A stretch of DNA of 64,000 bases, taken from Camelus dromedarius. Lineage: Eukaryota. Under the pieces are notes generated by a model. That model saw only the letters and a list, made by a program, of their open reading frames with translations, was not told the DNA's origin and made no database searches. The stretch is taken from the NCBI RefSeq assembly GCF_036321535.1, contig NC_087436.1:85314001-85378000 (forward strand). Reading direction: 5' to 3'. Numbering within the stretch: position 1 is the first letter of the stretch; the number at the start of each line of letters is the position of its first letter. The position numbers and the translations under genes are program-made. This document shows positions 49,731 to 62,933 of the stretch, piece by piece.

Positions 49731-52334
49731 AAATAAAGTCTTCAAACAAAAAGATACATGTTCATTATAGAAAATTAAGGAAGTATAAAAATAGGAAGAG
49801 GAAAAATCACCCAGTCCCATCCCCTAGAGCAACTATTTCTTAATATTTTGAAATATTTATTTTTATTGTATATCAAATTAAGCAATGTAGTAATGTAGTC
49901 TTAGAATAGCTAAGATATCCAGTGGACATTACTGCTGACAAAATTAGGTGAATTTTAGGTAAAAATTTTGGGCAGTCATTATAAAAATGAAATGTTTAGC
50001 ATCATGTTAAATGGAAAAAGATGAATGTAAGATTAATGTGCACATGTAGGGTATCCAGTTTTGTAAGATTAAGTCTGCAAAATCGAGTTGGTGTTAGTGG
50101 GGTGGGATTATGTGTAATTTATTATAATAATCATTATTAGACTTAGTGTTGTTATTGTTACTTTAACTTTTCTATGTAAATTTTTTTTTCCGAACATGGT
50201 TCCTGATTGAATTGTAGTTATTCCACGGCTGAGTCGTTGGATAGCAGTGTGAACTCTGTGGTCCCCTTGTACTTTGGCCTGGAAGGGACGTGTAAAGGAC
50301 AGTAAGGAGAGTACTTGCTTGGTACAGCATGGTATTTGCAAGAGACCAATGTGTTGTGTTAGTTTGAGCAGTTATATATGCTGAGGTTGTCCAGGTATAT
50401 AGGGTAAGGGGATATATATGCTGAGGTTGTTCAGATCGACAATATCAGTTAGATGTCGTGTCATGGTGATATGGGGAGAAGCACTTCAATGCAGGAAAGC
50501 ATGTGTCTGTGTGTGTGTTGTGGGTAGAGAGGGAGAGGAAAAGATAGAGAGAGGTAGTGTAGAAGGAAGAGGGGAAGGGAAGCAAGATCTAAGATAAAAC
50601 AGGTTAAAGAAGGGAAGTTTCCTTGAGCTAGAATTTGTAGGAAATATTCAGACAACTATGAATTATATATTTTGTTTTAAATAATAATTAAAGCACCCCA
50701 ACATTTATATTTCCTTTGCCACCATTTTTTGATATTTAAATACAAAGGTGTTATTTGAGTTGGAGATTATATGCCATCTCTCTTGGGCATCCTGAGGGGT
50801 AACTGGCATAACAACTTGGCAGGGAGGATTGGGTGGGACATTTGTAAAACCTATAAAAATGTCACAGGCCAAATAACTTTACTAAAACTGCCTGAGCTTT
50901 TCCTAAAGCAGCAGCCAGATTATTACATTTTGCATCCTGCTCTGCCAATGGTAACTTGACCCCTGGTCCAGGGTGAATAACAATGTTTGCCAGGTTTCAA
51001 TGAATTCCAGTAGCAGTCATTTCACTAATAGTGATTTTGAGAGGGGGCAGCGAGAGGTGCAAGCTGGTGAAAAGCCCTAGGGTGTTCAGAAATACTTGTT
51101 GGGCTCATTTTAGAAGCATCTCTTAAGATGGCAGCAGGAGATGGCTCTTGCACAGAATGACTGCCTTCTGCCAGATCTGAATTTTTCCCATGAAACCTCC
51201 CCTATTGAACAGGGTAGCAACAGCAAGCAACATTGAGTTTCTTTTAATTAAAAGAAAAACTTTATTTAAAAACAAAAGGACATTTTAATTTTAGCTCTTG
51301 GGTGAAAGAAAACCATAGCAATGTGTATCTTCCGTTTTGCATAGATTTTATAAAGCTTTGTCTTTAGGAGTTGTGTTTCACTTCTAGCTCAGGGAAGGCT
51401 GCAGTTTCAGGGTTGCAGAGGGCTTCTCTTCCATGTGGTTGCCGAAACTGTCTGGAACCAATGTTTTATTAAAAAGCGACATCAAAATGCAGAAAAGAAT
51501 CCCTGTGAGAGGGAGCAGAAAGCGGTTCGTGCCATGACACTCTCAGGAATATAAGAGCAGTGAAAAATTTAGGACTCAGAAGGCAAAACAGGAAGGGCAA
51601 GAAATTCACTTTCAGGGAGAGCTGGAGGACTTTGGAGGACTTCCTACCGTAATCCTATCTTCTCTCCGTGTGTTTGTGTAACTAATACCGTCCATCTGCA
51701 CAAACAGATCAAGGGACATGCATCTTTTGGGGGTGTTTCTCTGGGAGGCGTTTTCTATCTCCGGGTTGAGGTGGAGGACTTTGGCGCTAATTGATTCCAC
51801 CTTAAAGGGAGGAAGGATAGTGAATGCGCACAGTTTCCTTAGCATATTCCAGGATGAATCTGCACGGAGTTACAGGGGGAAAAATAAAAGAGTTGAACTT
51901 TGGAGGTTTTCTAGCCTGTTAAATTTTCCAGCAGTTTAATCATGGATCAAATATGCATCAGCGAGTTTAAAACCCAGTAATACCAGGCGTATAAATGCAA
52001 GTGGGCTTTTGGGCAACTTGGTGGGGACCAGGGAATAGAGGGAACACTTTGGGTGACTGAGGTGTTGACAGGGCTTGGGTAGGCATGTGTCACCCTTGTG
52101 CTGGGTCCAGAAGGGAGGTAAACATAAGATTCTTAAGCCTTCCTCCCCACCATGCTGTGTGAATGCATTTGATTTTTTCTCATATGTAATATAAACGTTA
52201 AATTATATCTATAATCTATATATTGAGCATATAGGAACCTGTGTTCAAGGAGCTCAAGTGTAATTGGGGAATAAGCACATAAAGAACTAACAAATAAAAC
52301 AGCATAACTATTGGAATAATTCAGGGATGTAGAC

Positions 52335-52870
52335 AGGGAGAAGTACAGCCACTTTGGAAAACTGTTTACCAGTGCATGTGCAAGGTGTATGTTTATACAC
52401 ACACATATACCCTGTGACCTAGCAATCCCACTTCTGGGTATATACCTACACCCAACAGGAGCAGTGCACATGTCCACAAAAAAGATACGTACAAGAATTT
52501 TCATGGGAGCTTTATTTATAATAGCCCCCAAATTGAAGCTCACCAAAAATCTATTTGCAGAATAGGTAAATAAAATGTGGTCCACTCATAACATAGAATA
52601 CTACACAGAAGAGTGCATACTGTGTGATTCCATTTATATGAAATTTAAGTCCAGGCAAATTAATCTGGTGTGATAGAAGTTAGAATCGTGGTTACCTTTG
52701 GGTGGCAAAGTATTGACTGGGAGCGGGTACAGGAGAGTTCTGAGGAGCTGCTGGGATGTTTGATATCTTGATCTGGGCAGTTGTACACATATGTAAAATT
52801 AATCAAGCTGTCCCTTTAAGATTTGTGCCCTTTGCTGTATGGGAGCTATATCTCAATGAAGTAATTTTAT
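52335..52870 (+). mobile_element. Old L1 (L1MC/L1ME-like) 3' end
   Basis: 'tacagccactttggaaaactg...gacctagcaatcccacttctgggtatatacc...gtgattccatttatatgaa'. Confidence 0.8.
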
Positions 52871-54847
52871 ACAATGATTGTGTTAAACTAAAAAAAAAAT
52901 AATGATATGGAAACGTGGGTTAGGAAATGGTTGGTTTTTCCTGGGAGAATGGGATGCACACATGAGGGACATTTGGCCTGCTGTGTGGAGGGAATTCGAC
53001 CTTCTGTCAAGGTTTCAAGGATTCAGATGTGAGTCAAGAGGCAGTCGTCCAGAGAGAAAGAGGACTGGGGCCAGGAGTAGGGCAGTGGGAGTGGAGGAGA
53101 GAAGAGGGCAGGGCATTTCAGAGGTAGAATGAGAAAGGGTCTCAAGTGACTGAAACTGTGTGCGTGGAAGGGTGGCAGGAGAGAAAAGGAGAGGGGAGAC
53201 TGGATGGCTCTGTGTGCTCTTCTTCTTTGGGTGACTGGGCTGCGGATGCCATGGCTAGTGGAGACGTTTGGAGGAAAAACTCATTTGGAAAATCCTTGAA
53301 TTATATGACCAGTTGGTTTGACTTGGCCCCAGTCAGAACCAGCATTTGAGTTAATTAATAGCGCCTGATATATGACTTGACTTCTGCTCCTTTTTCGTTC
53401 TACAAATACAATCTCAAAGCATGGATCCCTTATGCTTTGTGTGATGTGGGTCCTTTGCGGATCCTTTTCAGTGCACCGGAGAGAAGTTTGAAAATGTTTA
53501 ATCATGATGATATTTATACGTTGATAGATTATGGCACATTCAACACTTAAGTGTCTTCTGTTTCTAAACTCAGGTGTTTTCTGGAGTGTTGCTAAATTTT
53601 GTGAAGAAATGCTAACACGAAGTTGTCAATCTGTGGGTGCTCCACTCTGCCAAGTCCAGGAGGCTCGGTACAGCAGTATATATATGGAAGCATGGACTAG
53701 CTTCTCTTATTATTGCTGTGTTTGTAAGGGGGTGCTGAAACTCATCTTACAGTTTCTGCTTATTTTGAGCTCTTAGAGTTGAGTGCTATGGTGATTTAGG
53801 ATGGTGTTCACCCAGAGACATTGTGGGCCTAGCAAAAGACTTTTGGAGACAGAAGGAAACTTGGCTTCTGTTTGCTTACTGCCGCTTGACAAAACTGGCT
53901 CCTTTTGTTTAAAGCCTAAATAATGTGTTTTGAGTGAATATTCTTTTTCATTTTCTCAGTGTTAAAACTGAATGGGTGTTACTGGCTGTCATGGAGGGTT
54001 ACTGTGGCTTGCACATGCTGTCTGCACTCTACCTACCAGCCCAGGTCTGCAGATGAATAAACCACCTTGTTTCCTGGTCTGGGTCCAGGAACTGACATGG
54101 CTCCTCCCACTGCTTTTCCTGCTCTGGAGGCAGGGTAAGAAAGAGCTTCCCGTTTCCTGTTTGCCTCCAGCAGAGCACAATTCTAAATGACCCCGCTTCT
54201 CTGCCTTTGGAAAGGCAATTGTCCTTTGCTCTTAATCAACCCTCCTGGGAAGTCACCTGCGATTCTTCAGCAAGCCTAGCCTTCTGGAGATAACACTGTT
54301 GTTAAGAATTCCTCATCGTGCTGCTTGTTAGAGGGAAAAAAGTGAAAATGGTAAAATTGCTAATGAGTAACAGCTATTGTGACAGCTAATTGGAGGAAGA
54401 CGTTCTGGAATTAAAATATTATTAACTAATCTTTTGAACATTTCTGTGTTTTATTTATTTGGAGTATGTAAGAAATTGTGTCTTTAATCTGGAAATCCTT
54501 AAAATAAATGTTTGATTTACATGTTTAAAGGAGAGAATTTTTTTTCTAGGGCAATTTGTTTAAACTTGTGAATTTGAACAGGTGAGTTTTATGCCTCATG
54601 AAATCAATGAGGGTTTTCAGTTAAGTTATTCATTTTGTAAGAAGGCCACCAAATTCACATTTGGAGAAAGAAATTTACCTGTGACGTGTTCCTTCCCCTC
54701 AGATTCCAGGCTCTGCGTGTTCTGATTCCATTCGTGTAGACTGTTTTCTTATGCTCTAGGAGTCCCCTGTCCCTGTGAAGTCCATTTACTCATGAGAGCC
54801 CTCTGCACCTGCTTTGTCTTTTCCCAAACTCTAGGACAGTGTCTCTC

Positions 54848-55025
54848 TAGGTGGTTTAGTGGGCATCAGAACCACGTGGAGGGCTTGCTGTAACACAGAT
54901 TGTTGGGTTTCACCAGAGTTTCTGATTCAGTAGGCCAGGGATGACAGCTGAGAATTTGCATTTCTAACAAATTACCAGATGCTGCTGCTGCTGCTATTTC
55001 AGGGGCCACACTTTGAGGATCACTG
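54848..55025 (+). mobile_element. MER5A (hAT-Charlie)
   Basis: 'gcatcagaaccacgtggagggcttg...tctgattcagtagg...gaatttgcatttctaacaa...ccacactttgaggatcactg'. Confidence 0.85.
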
Positions 55026-55048
55026 CATTAGCCTTTGCCTGAAACAAC

Positions 55049-55509
55049 TGTGGTAGACGGAGTACTGGACTGCCAGATATGCCCATATCCCAATCCCCAG
55101 AACCTGTGAATATGTGAACTTGACAAGACAAAGGGGCTTTACAGCTGTGGTTAAGTTAAAGCTCTTGAGATGGGGTGATGATCCTGGGTTATCCAGCTGG
55201 GCCAAGTCATCACAGTGGTCTTTATAAGATAGGATCAGGGGCAGAAAAAAGATGTGATGACAGAAGCAGAGGTTCAGGGGATGCACTTTGAAGATGAAGG
55301 AAGTGGTCACAAACCAAGGAATTCAAGTGACCTTTAGAGGATGGAAAAGGCAAGGAGACTCTAGAAAGAACAATACTCTGCCAACATGATGATTTTAGTA
55401 AGACTCATTTCAGACTTCTGACCTCAGAACTATAAGATAATAAATGTATGTTGTTTTGATCCACTAGGTTTGCGGTAATAGGTTTCAGCAGCAATTAGAG
55501 ATGAATACA
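55049..55509 (+). mobile_element. MLT1D-like MaLR solo LTR, full length
   Basis: TG...CA termini, internal 'aatccccagaacctgtgaatatgt', and 5-bp TSD acaac/acatc. Confidence 0.88.
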
Positions 55510-56749
55510 ACATCCTACCCCATATTGCAGGCTACCTAAATTCTCTCCACTTTGGCTCAGATGTTAGCACAGGTCTACCTCAACTGCATCTTCATGATGT
55601 TTTTACTCAGTGATTTCAGTTCAGAATTTTCTATCCTCCTGTGAATTCCTAGAGTATTTATTGTCTTGACCAGTTGTATAGATTTAAAGGATCTCGTTCA
55701 TTTAATGATTTGCTGTATTGCAGACTGCCAGATGAGGCTGACAGTGAGAAGCTAGAATTCCTGCTCTTAAGGAGTTCCTCATCTACCAGGGGAGACAGAC
55801 GTAACATGACCACCTTAATCACATGTATCACATACAGGATTATGTTACATAACTACATGTGCCTCATGTGTGTATCACATATCATATAGCTACAATAATG
55901 TATACTGCCTAGAGTATGATCATTCATTTATATGTCTTTCTATATAGAGATTGTAAACTTCTGGTGGGAAGGGACAATTTCTTTTACTACTGATTTCTTG
56001 ATGGTAGTAATGGGTCTTTTCTGGAGCTATGTTTATTATTTTTGAAAGCCTGATAGAAACTTTATGCTTTTCTTATATTTATCATTATGTGAATCATCAT
56101 TTCAGAATTACATTTTATTCGGTCAAGTCTTTTTAAAAGTTTAAGTCTGTAATGGAGAAGGGAAGAGAGATAGGAATTTTTTTTTCAAACTAGCAATTAT
56201 ACTTCATCATGAAAAGAGAACTGAACAAGAGTTAAAAAGATAAAGATCTTGTTTTGTAGCAAATAGGTCTTTTATAAAATGAGTGTGTCTAATTAGATGA
56301 TCTCTAAGTTTCTTTCATATCTAAAGTTCTGTGGCCTGTAATCTTTTCTTACAACACAAAGTACACTGCCTTGCATATGAGAAGGACTAGATAAATGAAG
56401 TAATCTGAGTGCTATTTTAGAAGTGTCAGAATGTTTTCTATTCCACACATTGCTGTAGTGTAAGCATCCTCGTTTCTAGAAAAAAATGGCGTTCTCAAAC
56501 ATAAAGTTAAATAAAAGTTCAGACTTAGGATAAAATGACTTCTTTGAAAATTAGTTCAGATGAGTTAATGTCCTGTACCAACTTAGCATATATGTGATGC
56601 TTCTTGTTCTCTATTAACTCAAGAAATGTCAGTGTCCTAAACCCCTTACAGCGTGAGAGGAAGGCTGTTTAAATAGCACAAAGTGAAGTAGAGATTTGGC
56701 AATCAGTGGGTCAATTTGACAAATGTAGGTTATGAGAGATTATGATTCA

Positions 56750-57990
56750 CCGTAGGACAATTCTTCAAAAATCATCAATCAGGGTGCTGCTGGTAAGCTG
56801 AATTGCAGATTGGTTCTTCAACTGTCAACAATTAGAAATGATGGATAAAATTAAAAATATATATATTTGAAAGCATCTGAGCATTACCAAGACAGAGGTT
56901 GAGGGGGCCAAGATACTGCAGAGAAGAAAAGCACAAAAATGAACTCAACTTTTGTCGCCAGTTTCTCTCTTAAGGCATTGGGTGATTCAAGTGGAGGATG
57001 AAACATGGAAAAAGCAGAACAGAAAATGATGGCTGAGGAGCTGAGTTTCCACCAGTGTTATATAGCCAAAGAAGCAATATTGGAACCTAGGACCTGTCAA
57101 GAAGGAGGGCCTCTCATAAACAAAACATTCCGGGTTTTCATTTGGGATCCACAATGCAGTCCCAGGAGTAAGAATGAAGTAGAAATAGACAACTTTTACA
57201 AAAAGACAAAATACCTTTTTATGCCAGCTCAGTTGGATTAAGGTCATCTGTTCTTACTCTGAATATCTGCCAGAAGCAAAAGTAAATCATCTCTAGAGCA
57301 CTATATTATTACACAGAGCTCCAGATTATCTGTATAGATTTTTTATCCCCAATGTCTGGCAATTTACTAGGCATACCAGAAGACAAAACCAAATGATCAA
57401 AAATCAAGGGGAAAAAAATACCCAGACAGTAGATATAGCCCAAAATATCCTGATATTTGAGGTAGTAGACAAAGGCTTTAAAATAATATGTTTAGCATTA
57501 TGCTATACACCAGAAATTGATACAACATTGTGAATTGACTATACTTTAATAAAAATAAAATAAAATAATATGTTCAAGAGATAAGATGACAAGGTGGAAA
57601 ATTTCTGCAGAGAACTTGAAACCGTGAAAGAAATCTAAATAGTTTTACAACTGAAAATTTCAATAATTGAAATTAAGAATTGAATAGATGGGTTTAAAAG
57701 CATACTAGACAGAGCCAAAAAAAAAAAAAAAAAAAAAAAAGACTGAAAGAAAACATCAGGACTGAAGAATCAAGAGAAGAAAGTATGGAAAATACAAAAT
57801 TCAACGTAAGAAACATAGGGACATAATGAAAAGATCTAACACGTATATGATTGGACTGTCAGGAGAGGAAAGAGAGAATAGAGCAGACTCAATATTTAAA
57901 TAATGATGAGAGGTCTCTGAAACTGATGGAAGATATCAAGCCACTGATACAAAAGGACCCCAAGCAAGATAAATATAAAGATTCACTCTG
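56750..57990 (+). mobile_element. Old L1 5' UTR and degraded ORF1 region
   Basis: A-rich ORF1-like phrases 'caataattgaaattaagaattgaatagatgggtttaaaagcatactagacagagc' and 'gatatcaagccactgatacaaaa'. Confidence 0.65.
57493..57560 (+). mobile_element. Extremely truncated (~68 bp) L1 3' tip
   Basis: 'ttatgctatacaccagaaattgatacaacattgtgaattgactatactttaataaaaa' with a perfect 14-bp TSD taaaataatatgtt (57479-57492 / 57561-57574). Confidence 0.9.
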
Positions 57991-58259
57991 AGGCCTGGAT
58001 TATCAGAATTATTTACTTCAGCAGACTGCTGGTTTCCCCAACTAAAACATTACAGTTTCCACTGAGATGTAAGCAAAATTGTTGATTAACATTGTCAGGA
58101 AAATCCCTTAAGAGAAATAGATGCTATCACATGCCCTTTGTCCTTGCCCACTTCCTCCTCCCTGCTTCTTGGAATGAGGCATGCTTGAATATCAGCAGCT
58201 ATATCGCTTCATTATGCCAGTGTAGTGGTTAATTTTATGTGTCAACTTTTTATGTGTAA

Positions 58260-60200
58260 TATTCCTCCCTTTTCTCCTAAGTTTTATGTTTTACATATTA
58301 AGTCTGAGATCCATTTTGAATTAATTTTTGTATAAGATATGAGACTTAGGTCAAGATTTTCTTTCTTTCTTTCTTTTCTCCCTCCCTCCTTCCTTCCTTT
58401 CTCTTTCTCTCTCTCTTTTCCTCCCTCTTTTCCTCCCTCCCTCTCTCTCTCTGCCTATGGATGTCCAAATTATACAGCATCTTGAAAAGACTGTCTTTCC
58501 TTCATTGAATTGTTTTGCACTTTCATCAAAAACCAATTGGGCATATTTTTGTGGCTCTACTTCTGAGTTCTCTATTCTTTTCCATTGGTCTATATGTCCA
58601 TCCCCCTGACAGTACCTCACAGTCCACTTATTACTATAGCTATATCATGTCTTGAAGTTGGGTAGGCTAAACCTCCCATTTTCTTTTTCTTTTTCAAAAT
58701 TATTTTAGCTATTGTGTGGTTTTAGCTGTTGTGTAGTTTTCATCATGCATCATACAGGTTTTGTACATGTTTTGTTAAATTTATACCTAAGCATTTCATT
58801 TTATTTGAGTGATTGTAAATGGAACTGTATTTTTTAATGTTTTAGTGTGTTTATTGCTAGTATATAGAAGTATGACTGAGTTTAGTTTGCTTATATTTTA
58901 TCCTGTGACCTTGCTGAACTCACTTATTAGGTCTGGGAATTTTTTTGTAGATTCCTTTGGGTTTTTCTGTGTTGACAATTATGTCATTTGAAAATGGGGA
59001 CAGTTTTATTTCTTCCTTTATGGTCTGTTTGTCTTTTATTTCCTTTTCATACCTTATTGCTCTGGCTAGAACTTCCAGCACTGTCTTGAATAAGAGTGCT
59101 AAGAGTGTCTGTCCTGCCTTGTTCCTGATCTTAGAAGGAAAGCATTGTTTTCACCATTAAGTATAATGTTAGTTTCAAGTTCTGAAAGATGCTTTTATCA
59201 AACTGAGGAAGTTCCTCTCTATTCTTATTTTTCTGAGAGTGTTTAACATGAATGTATTGGATTTTTGTCAAATGCTTTTTTTTGTATTGATTAATACTAT
59301 CATGTGATTTTTTCTTCCTCAGTCTGTTAATATGGTACATTACATTGATGAATTTTCAAATACTGACCTGGCCTTCATCCCTGGTATAAACCCCACTTGA
59401 TGTATAATGACATGAAATTCTTATATATTGCTGAATTCTATTTGCTAATATTTTGTTAATGATTTTTCCTTTTATTCATGAAGGATATTAATCTGTAGTT
59501 TTCTTTTATTGTACTGTCTTTTTCTTATTTTGATATCAGAGTAATGCTAGCAGAGAAATGAATTGGGAAGAATTTCCTTCTATGTCCTGGAAGAGATTGT
59601 ATAGAATTGGTATTAATTCTTCTTTAAATATTTGGTAGAATCCTCTACCAGGGAATCCATCTAGCTCTGGAGGTTTCTTTGGTGGGGTTTTTTCAGCTGT
59701 GAACTCAATTTCCTTAATAGTTACATGGCTATTCAAATTATCTCTTTCCTATTGTATGAATTGTGGTGATTTGTGTTTTTCAAGGAGTTGATCCATTTTG
59801 TCTAGGTGGTTAAACATGTGTGTTGGTTTTTTTGTGGTCTTCTCTTACTCTACTTCTGATGTCTGCAGAGTCTGTAGTGTTGTCCTTTTATCATTTCTGA
59901 TACTTATATTGGCAAGGTTTGTCTTCTCTTTTTCATCAGTCTTGCTAGAGGTTTGTCAATTTTTCTGATCTTTTCAAAGCACCAGCTCTTTGTTTTGTTA
60001 ATTTTTCTATCCTGTTTTTTTTCATTTTCAATTTCATTGATTTTGCTAATTTCTACTCTTTATTATTTCCTTCCTGCCAATCTGCCTTCTCTTCACCTTT
60101 CAGAGTCTTTTTGTATTTGTTTTATATATAATGTCTGGGTTTTTAGATATAGTTAATGGGAGGAATAGGGAAAAGTATCCCTACTCCATCTTCCCAGAAT
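58260..60200 (-). mobile_element. Old L1 (L1MC/MD-like) ORF2 region with deletions, ending in a 5'-end-like segment. CT-rich low-complexity tract at 58357-58452.
   Basis: Minus-strand peptides 'HIDQWKRIENSE', 'TIKEIE...KKPPELDGF...FYQIFKEELIPILYNLFQ' and 'YHINRL' match L1 ORF2p. Confidence 0.88.
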
Positions 60201-61189
60201 GCACCTCTTGTTTTTGTGTGGATAATGTCCTTGGATTTTACTGACCATAGGTCAAGTTCAACCTTCATCTTTTTTGTATTACGGCACAACCTTTGAAAAT
60301 ACGAAGTGTGTTGGGGAATAGATTTTTGTGGTGGTTTTTCATTCTTGTAATGGATGTTCAGTAAGTAATTATTAGAAGTGGACAACCCATAGGCCTTAGG
60401 GCACGGGTGCCTAATTAATGAATATTTACAGCAGACCTAACACTTATCCTGCACTTGTACTACAGGACTTCTCCCAATCAGCTGACTTCTTGGTGAGGAC
60501 GGGAAGCAGCAGTAGGCTCGGAAACCTTGTTGTCAACTTCCTTTCTCCCTCTTTTCTCCCTCCCTCTTCCCTTGCTTCAAAATGACCTCAAATCTGAATG
60601 AAGAAGAGTAACACCATTTCATGATAGAAATAACAAAAATCATACTTGACTTTATAATATTTATATGCTTCAAAAAACAGTTTAATTGTACTCATTTAAG
60701 GTTTTACATTAACCATGGGTCAGTTTCCTACTACAGTGGTTCTTACTTTTTGGTTACCCTTTATCATTATGATGTGAAAATCATGCTGAAGGGGAAATTG
60801 TTTTGCATATAATGAGTATAACTTGCATCCCAGGGGCCTTGAAATGCAGTTTACTTATCTAAATACAAAAGACAGCAGTCTAAACATAGATTTCTCCATA
60901 GTCAAGCTCTTCCTGTGAAGGCTTAAAAAAAAAAGCCTAGGGAACTGTCACACTTCCCATTGTTATTCACACACTTGTTTGGGATCTGATGGAGGCAGCT
61001 GCCAGAGGCCTGACATTTCAGGGAGCGAAGCAGGACAAGAGTTGGAAGTCTCTGGTCTGAGCTGCACTCTTAAATCACCACAGCCCTTGAGCTTTCTTGA
61101 AAAGGTGGCCATGGTTGTAGCATGTGGATAGATGCTTCCTGTAGTAACACAAATTCAGTTACCTAACACCATGTCTGAATACTCCAGAA

Positions 61190-62030
61190 TTCAGAATACA
61201 AATTCCACCAAATCCTGTGAATTGCTTTAAACTCTGCTCCATCAAGTCTACAAATACAGTTTATCAAGAAATGACCATGTGCTGGGCACTATGCTTAGAG
61301 GCTGTTGGGGATACAAAGATAAACAAGCCCCAGTCCTTGACTTTAAAGAGTAAATCATCTAGAGGGGATATAAAAATGTACACAGATGACTGCTGTACAA
61401 TGTGCTTGAAATGAGGCTTCATGAAGGAGTTGCCGTTTGAACTGAATCTTGAAGGATTGTTTAGTGGCTGCAAGCAGCAGAGATGGACTCTCGCTAATTG
61501 AGAAGGGAAGGGTGGGAGGAAAAGAGGGGAATCTATTGGAGATCGTGGGAGTATCTCCTGAACTAAAATAAAAGCTGAACCTCTAAGGGAACAGGCATTG
61601 TGGATTGATGTAAGGAGACTGGGGGCAGATTTTTTTTCAGAGTGTGGTATGTAGGATGGGTCAACTCCAACACAATTGGGTTGGATCACTCCTCTCAGGG
61701 TACATGTTTTAAGGCAAGAGGGCCTGGTAGTTATGACTTGGATCATGTGTCCACCTCTTGGCCAGTGCAGTGCCAGGGAGTCATTCCTTCAAGGAAGATC
61801 CTAAGCACTAATCAAAGGCTTAGGTGTTGGGCGGCACAAACCACAGACAGGTGGAGGGAATAGATGAACAGAGATACAGAGGCAGGGAAATAAGGAGCAT
61901 GTTTGAGCATCGCAGGGAATCTAGTCTGTCTGGAGCATAAGGCAAAGGAGGCGACTACGGTGGGAGAGATGCAGAAGGAGAGGCCGTGGCTGGGAGTGGG
62001 AGGAGCAGATCTGTTAAGACCTGGTCTTTA
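61190..62030 (-). mobile_element. L2 fragments, probably interrupted by an old MaLR LTR (~61500-61850)
   Basis: 'catgtgctgggcactatgcttagaggctgttggggatacaaagataaac' and 'tttgaactgaatcttgaagga'. Confidence 0.6.
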
Positions 62031-62383
62031 AGAACAGTTTTCTGGAAACAGACTTGGGTTGTGAAAAGAAAAGACTGCATTCAAAAGGAGGTTGCTTAGG
62101 GGAGACAGGAGAGAAGGCTTAAAATGATACTGTACTTTACTTACCACTAAAAAACATCAACAATGTCCCTGCGTTTTATTTTCACCCAGCAAAGACTACA
62201 GGGCATGCATTAGTTACTCCTTTTAGTACCAGAAGCTGGAGAATCTAAGGACCTGTTCTAGATCCTGGGATGGGTAAGGGGGAGCCAGAGCCCACCTTCA
62301 GGCCACCTGCTGGGGCTCCTCTAACACATGAGACCCTGCAGCCGCATCCAGCCGACTTGGCTTCACTGTACTACAGGCCGGAA

Positions 62384-62418
<35 letters not shown>

Positions 62419-62639
62419 ACGGGATGATGCTCTTTTGAGGCTGTGCCCTTGAGTAAACAGCTCCAGTCTATCTGAATCTTAGCTTGTGCCTGACGTGCTT
62501 ATGTGGCCTGAATGGGGTTTTTCTTCCTCCCTCTTGAGAGGATTTTCCAAGAGGAGTTTCAAAAATAACCTGCGGTCATATTGAACCTGTGCTCAGCAGC
62601 TGAGTGTCAGGAAGATGATGCATGGGAGGAAACAGAACA

Positions 62640-62880
62640 GTGGGGCGGCTAGGAACAGTGGGCTCTGGAGAGTCGGATTGCTTAGATTAAAATCCTTGCT
62701 CTGTCTCTTACTCGCTCTGCGGCCTTGGTCCAGATACTTGTCTCTCTAAAGCTCAGTTTCTTCATCTGTAACATGGACTTAGTAAGGGATCGACCCCATG
62801 GAGTTGCTGAGAGGGTTAGATGAGATCATGCTTGAGAGACATAGTAAGTGCTTAATACGGTGATTTGTTGTTATTACCTT
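62640..62880 (+). mobile_element. MIR SINE
   Basis: 'gggctctggagagtcggattgcttagattaaaatcc...ctcagtttcttcatctgtaac'. Confidence 0.82.
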
Positions 62881-62933
62881 AATTAAAATATGGCTGGAGA
62901 AGGATTCCAAATAGTTTTGTGACATTTGAGCTT

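Noticed and set aside
50373..50434. Repeat-spacer-repeat as a CRISPR array
   Set aside because: Only two repeats, a short spacer, mammalian DNA and no cas genes.
53415..53575. Short hairpin (CAAAGCAT...ATGCTTTG) and a C-box-like ATGATGA as miRNA or snoRNA
   Set aside because: The stem is only 8 bp. There is no suitably placed D box (CTGA) or terminal stem.
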